DNA from: Eledone cirrhosa
Taxonomy: Eukaryota
Direction: 5' to 3'
Length of the DNA stretch: 64,000 nt
Assembly: GCA_964016885.1 (NCBI GenBank)
Contig: OZ024757.1
Coordinates: forward strand, 41,540,001-41,604,000
Shown here piece after piece: positions 62,021 through 64,000 of this stretch. The position numbers and the translations under genes are program-made. A model generated the notes under the pieces. It made no database searches. It was given only the letters and a program-made list of their open reading frames with translations, and had not been told where the DNA came from. The first letter of the stretch is position 1. The number at the start of each line of letters is the position of its first letter.

Positions 62021-63092
62021 TATAGTAATGAAAATGTTTCATTAAGAAATATTTTCTGTTTCCCATATCTTATTTTAATATTTTATTTCAAATATGATTT
62101 GTTTTTTAAATTCAAATTATAGTTTTATTTAATTTTATAATATTTTTAGTGAGGACATATCACTTCAAAATGAGAATAACGACTTCAAAGTGAGTAGATT
62201 CGTGTCTTTGACTTTCTTTATATCAGTAATGACAAGGAAGACCAATGTCTTAGTTTGATCTGATAATCAGTTTGTTTACTTTTTATTGTATCAACAATAT
62301 AAAAACTAACAGACACAGTTTCTTTGGTCTCATCTATTAATCAGTGCCATTCCTTTCTGATTTAGCATCAATAATGGAAAGAAAGACCAGCGGAAACATA
62401 TTTTCCTTGGTTCAATCTAGCAATTGTCTCCTTGCCGTTTGTTTTTTATAAATCAACAATGGAGAGAAAGACCAATAGAAACATATTTATATTGGTCTGA
62501 TGTCATGAGGGACTCCTTTAGGATAGAAAGTCGAGTAGAAAGTAAAACCAGTAGAAAGACTAATAAAAACATACTCTTCTTGGTCTGATCTGGTCACCAG
62601 ATCAACCCATTCCCTATCTTCATTCCAATACAACTATTAACCTTAGAATATACAGATTCTGCTAATCATTTAAAACCAAAATTTTAATTTTATTTGCTGT
62701 ACAATTGCCAAATTTTATCCAAACTAATATGTAATGCAGTTCCCTGTACTCGATTGGCTCTGTATTTCCTCGATTGAATAAAGTATTAAGAGAAATCAAA
62801 GATATTCAATACTGTTAGAGGAAATCTTGCCAATGACAGCATTAATCCAGACAAGAGTCACCCAGTATAATCAAACCACACATTCAGAATATTTAACGAT
62901 ATAAGAAAGTTAAGATTGTGTACATATTGCATATATAGATCACACACACACATATATACAGGCGCACATGTATAGACACACACATATATATGTGCATTTA
63001 CGTGTATATATATATATATGTTATAGAATGCCGTTAGCTTCTTGCTAAAACAATCTCTATACCTCCCATTTATATATATATATATATATATA

Positions 63093-63482
63093 TACAATAT
63101 TAAATAAATGGAAAACTATATTTATAAAACCATATCTATTTCATTATATATATTTCGGGGATATCATATTAACAATATGTTATGCCTTCATCAGACAAAA
63201 TACAATATAAACAGTTTTATAGATAAATATATTCGACATACCGTAATAAACATCAACTTCATTTGAAGAGGTTTACTCTAGCAGAGTACACTGCTAGAGT
63301 AAACCTCTTCAAATGAAGTTGATGTTTATTACGGTATGTCGAATATATTTATCTATAAAACTGTTTATATTGTATTTTGTCTGATGAAGGCATAACATAT
63401 TGTTAATATGATATCCCCGAAATATATATAATGAAATAGATATGGTTTTATAAATATAGTTTTCCATTTATTTAATATTGTA
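63093..63482. repeat. Perfect inverted repeat, 192-bp arms with a 6-bp spacer
   Basis: Arms 63093-63284 and 63291-63482 around AGTACA; no mismatch seen by eye. Confidence 0.95.
63373..63438 (+). ncRNA. Minimal type-I hammerhead motif, family HH-E (mirror copy 63137-63202, minus)
   Basis: tattttgt CTGATGA A GG..CATATTgttAATATG..CC GAAA TATATA TA atgaaata; 8-bp stem I with 2 G-U pairs. Confidence 0.65.
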
Positions 63483-63933
63483 AATATACTCCAAATATTT
63501 GTCGAGTGCTTTTATATCAGTTATAAATATTTACTAGTTGTAACCCAACAATTTTAAATATAACTTTACATATATATATATATATATATTGCATACACAG
63601 ACGCACATATATATACATAGATAACCACTCACAAACACATATATATACGTGCATTTGTGTGTGTGTGTGAGTGTATGCATATATATTAATATATATATAT
63701 TATATATATTAATATATATACACATACACACATTGATGCATGTGCATTTGCACACACACACACACACACTGACACATATATTGAATCGATCGACAAGATC
63801 ACTTTTTGTCACATATATATATATATGTATGTATATATATGTGTGTGTATGTGTGTGTGTGTGTGTTTGTGTGGGTGTGTGTGTGTGTATATATATATAT
63901 ATACATGGATATATAGAGAGTGTCCCCAAAAAA

Positions 63934-63985
63934 GGCCTTCCTGATGATTTCTTTTGAATGAAACAGTTCTGGTCCTGTAGAAGCC
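63934..63985 (+). ncRNA. HH-A hammerhead copy at the window end
   Basis: cttc CTGATGA tTTCttttGAAt GAAA CAG ttctggtc CTG TA gaag. Confidence 0.7.
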
Positions 63986-64000
63986 ATTTCTATATTAAAC

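Overview
Eukaryotic, very AT-rich and microsatellite-saturated DNA with no recognisable host protein-coding gene, so probably intergenic or intronic. The SINE/LINE repertoire and (TA)n/(CAT)n density suggest an octopod cephalopod (inference). Most listed ORFs are translations of simple repeats. Real content: (1) a near full-length L1/Tx1-clade LINE (about 41.6-47.7 kb, minus) with an intact APE-RT-zf ORF2, an ORF1 split by one base, and (TAA)n on both sides, plus a truncated second copy at 20.1-20.9 kb; (2) an intact RTE-clade LINE (about 56.6-61.0 kb, minus) whose single ORF ends in three C2H2 zinc fingers; (3) many tRNA-derived SINEs and short RTE 3' fragments; (4) tandem arrays derived from retroelement pieces, including a 7.2 kb, 71-bp satellite from a SINE and a 49-bp minisatellite from a CRE-like endonuclease coding region; (5) most notably, about six distinct families of short elements carrying minimal type-I hammerhead ribozyme motifs (Penelope-like/retrozyme-type). 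These sit in or next to (TA)n tracts and are often folded back into palindromes, one with perfect 192-bp arms. All structures were read by eye, and ribozyme activity is untested.
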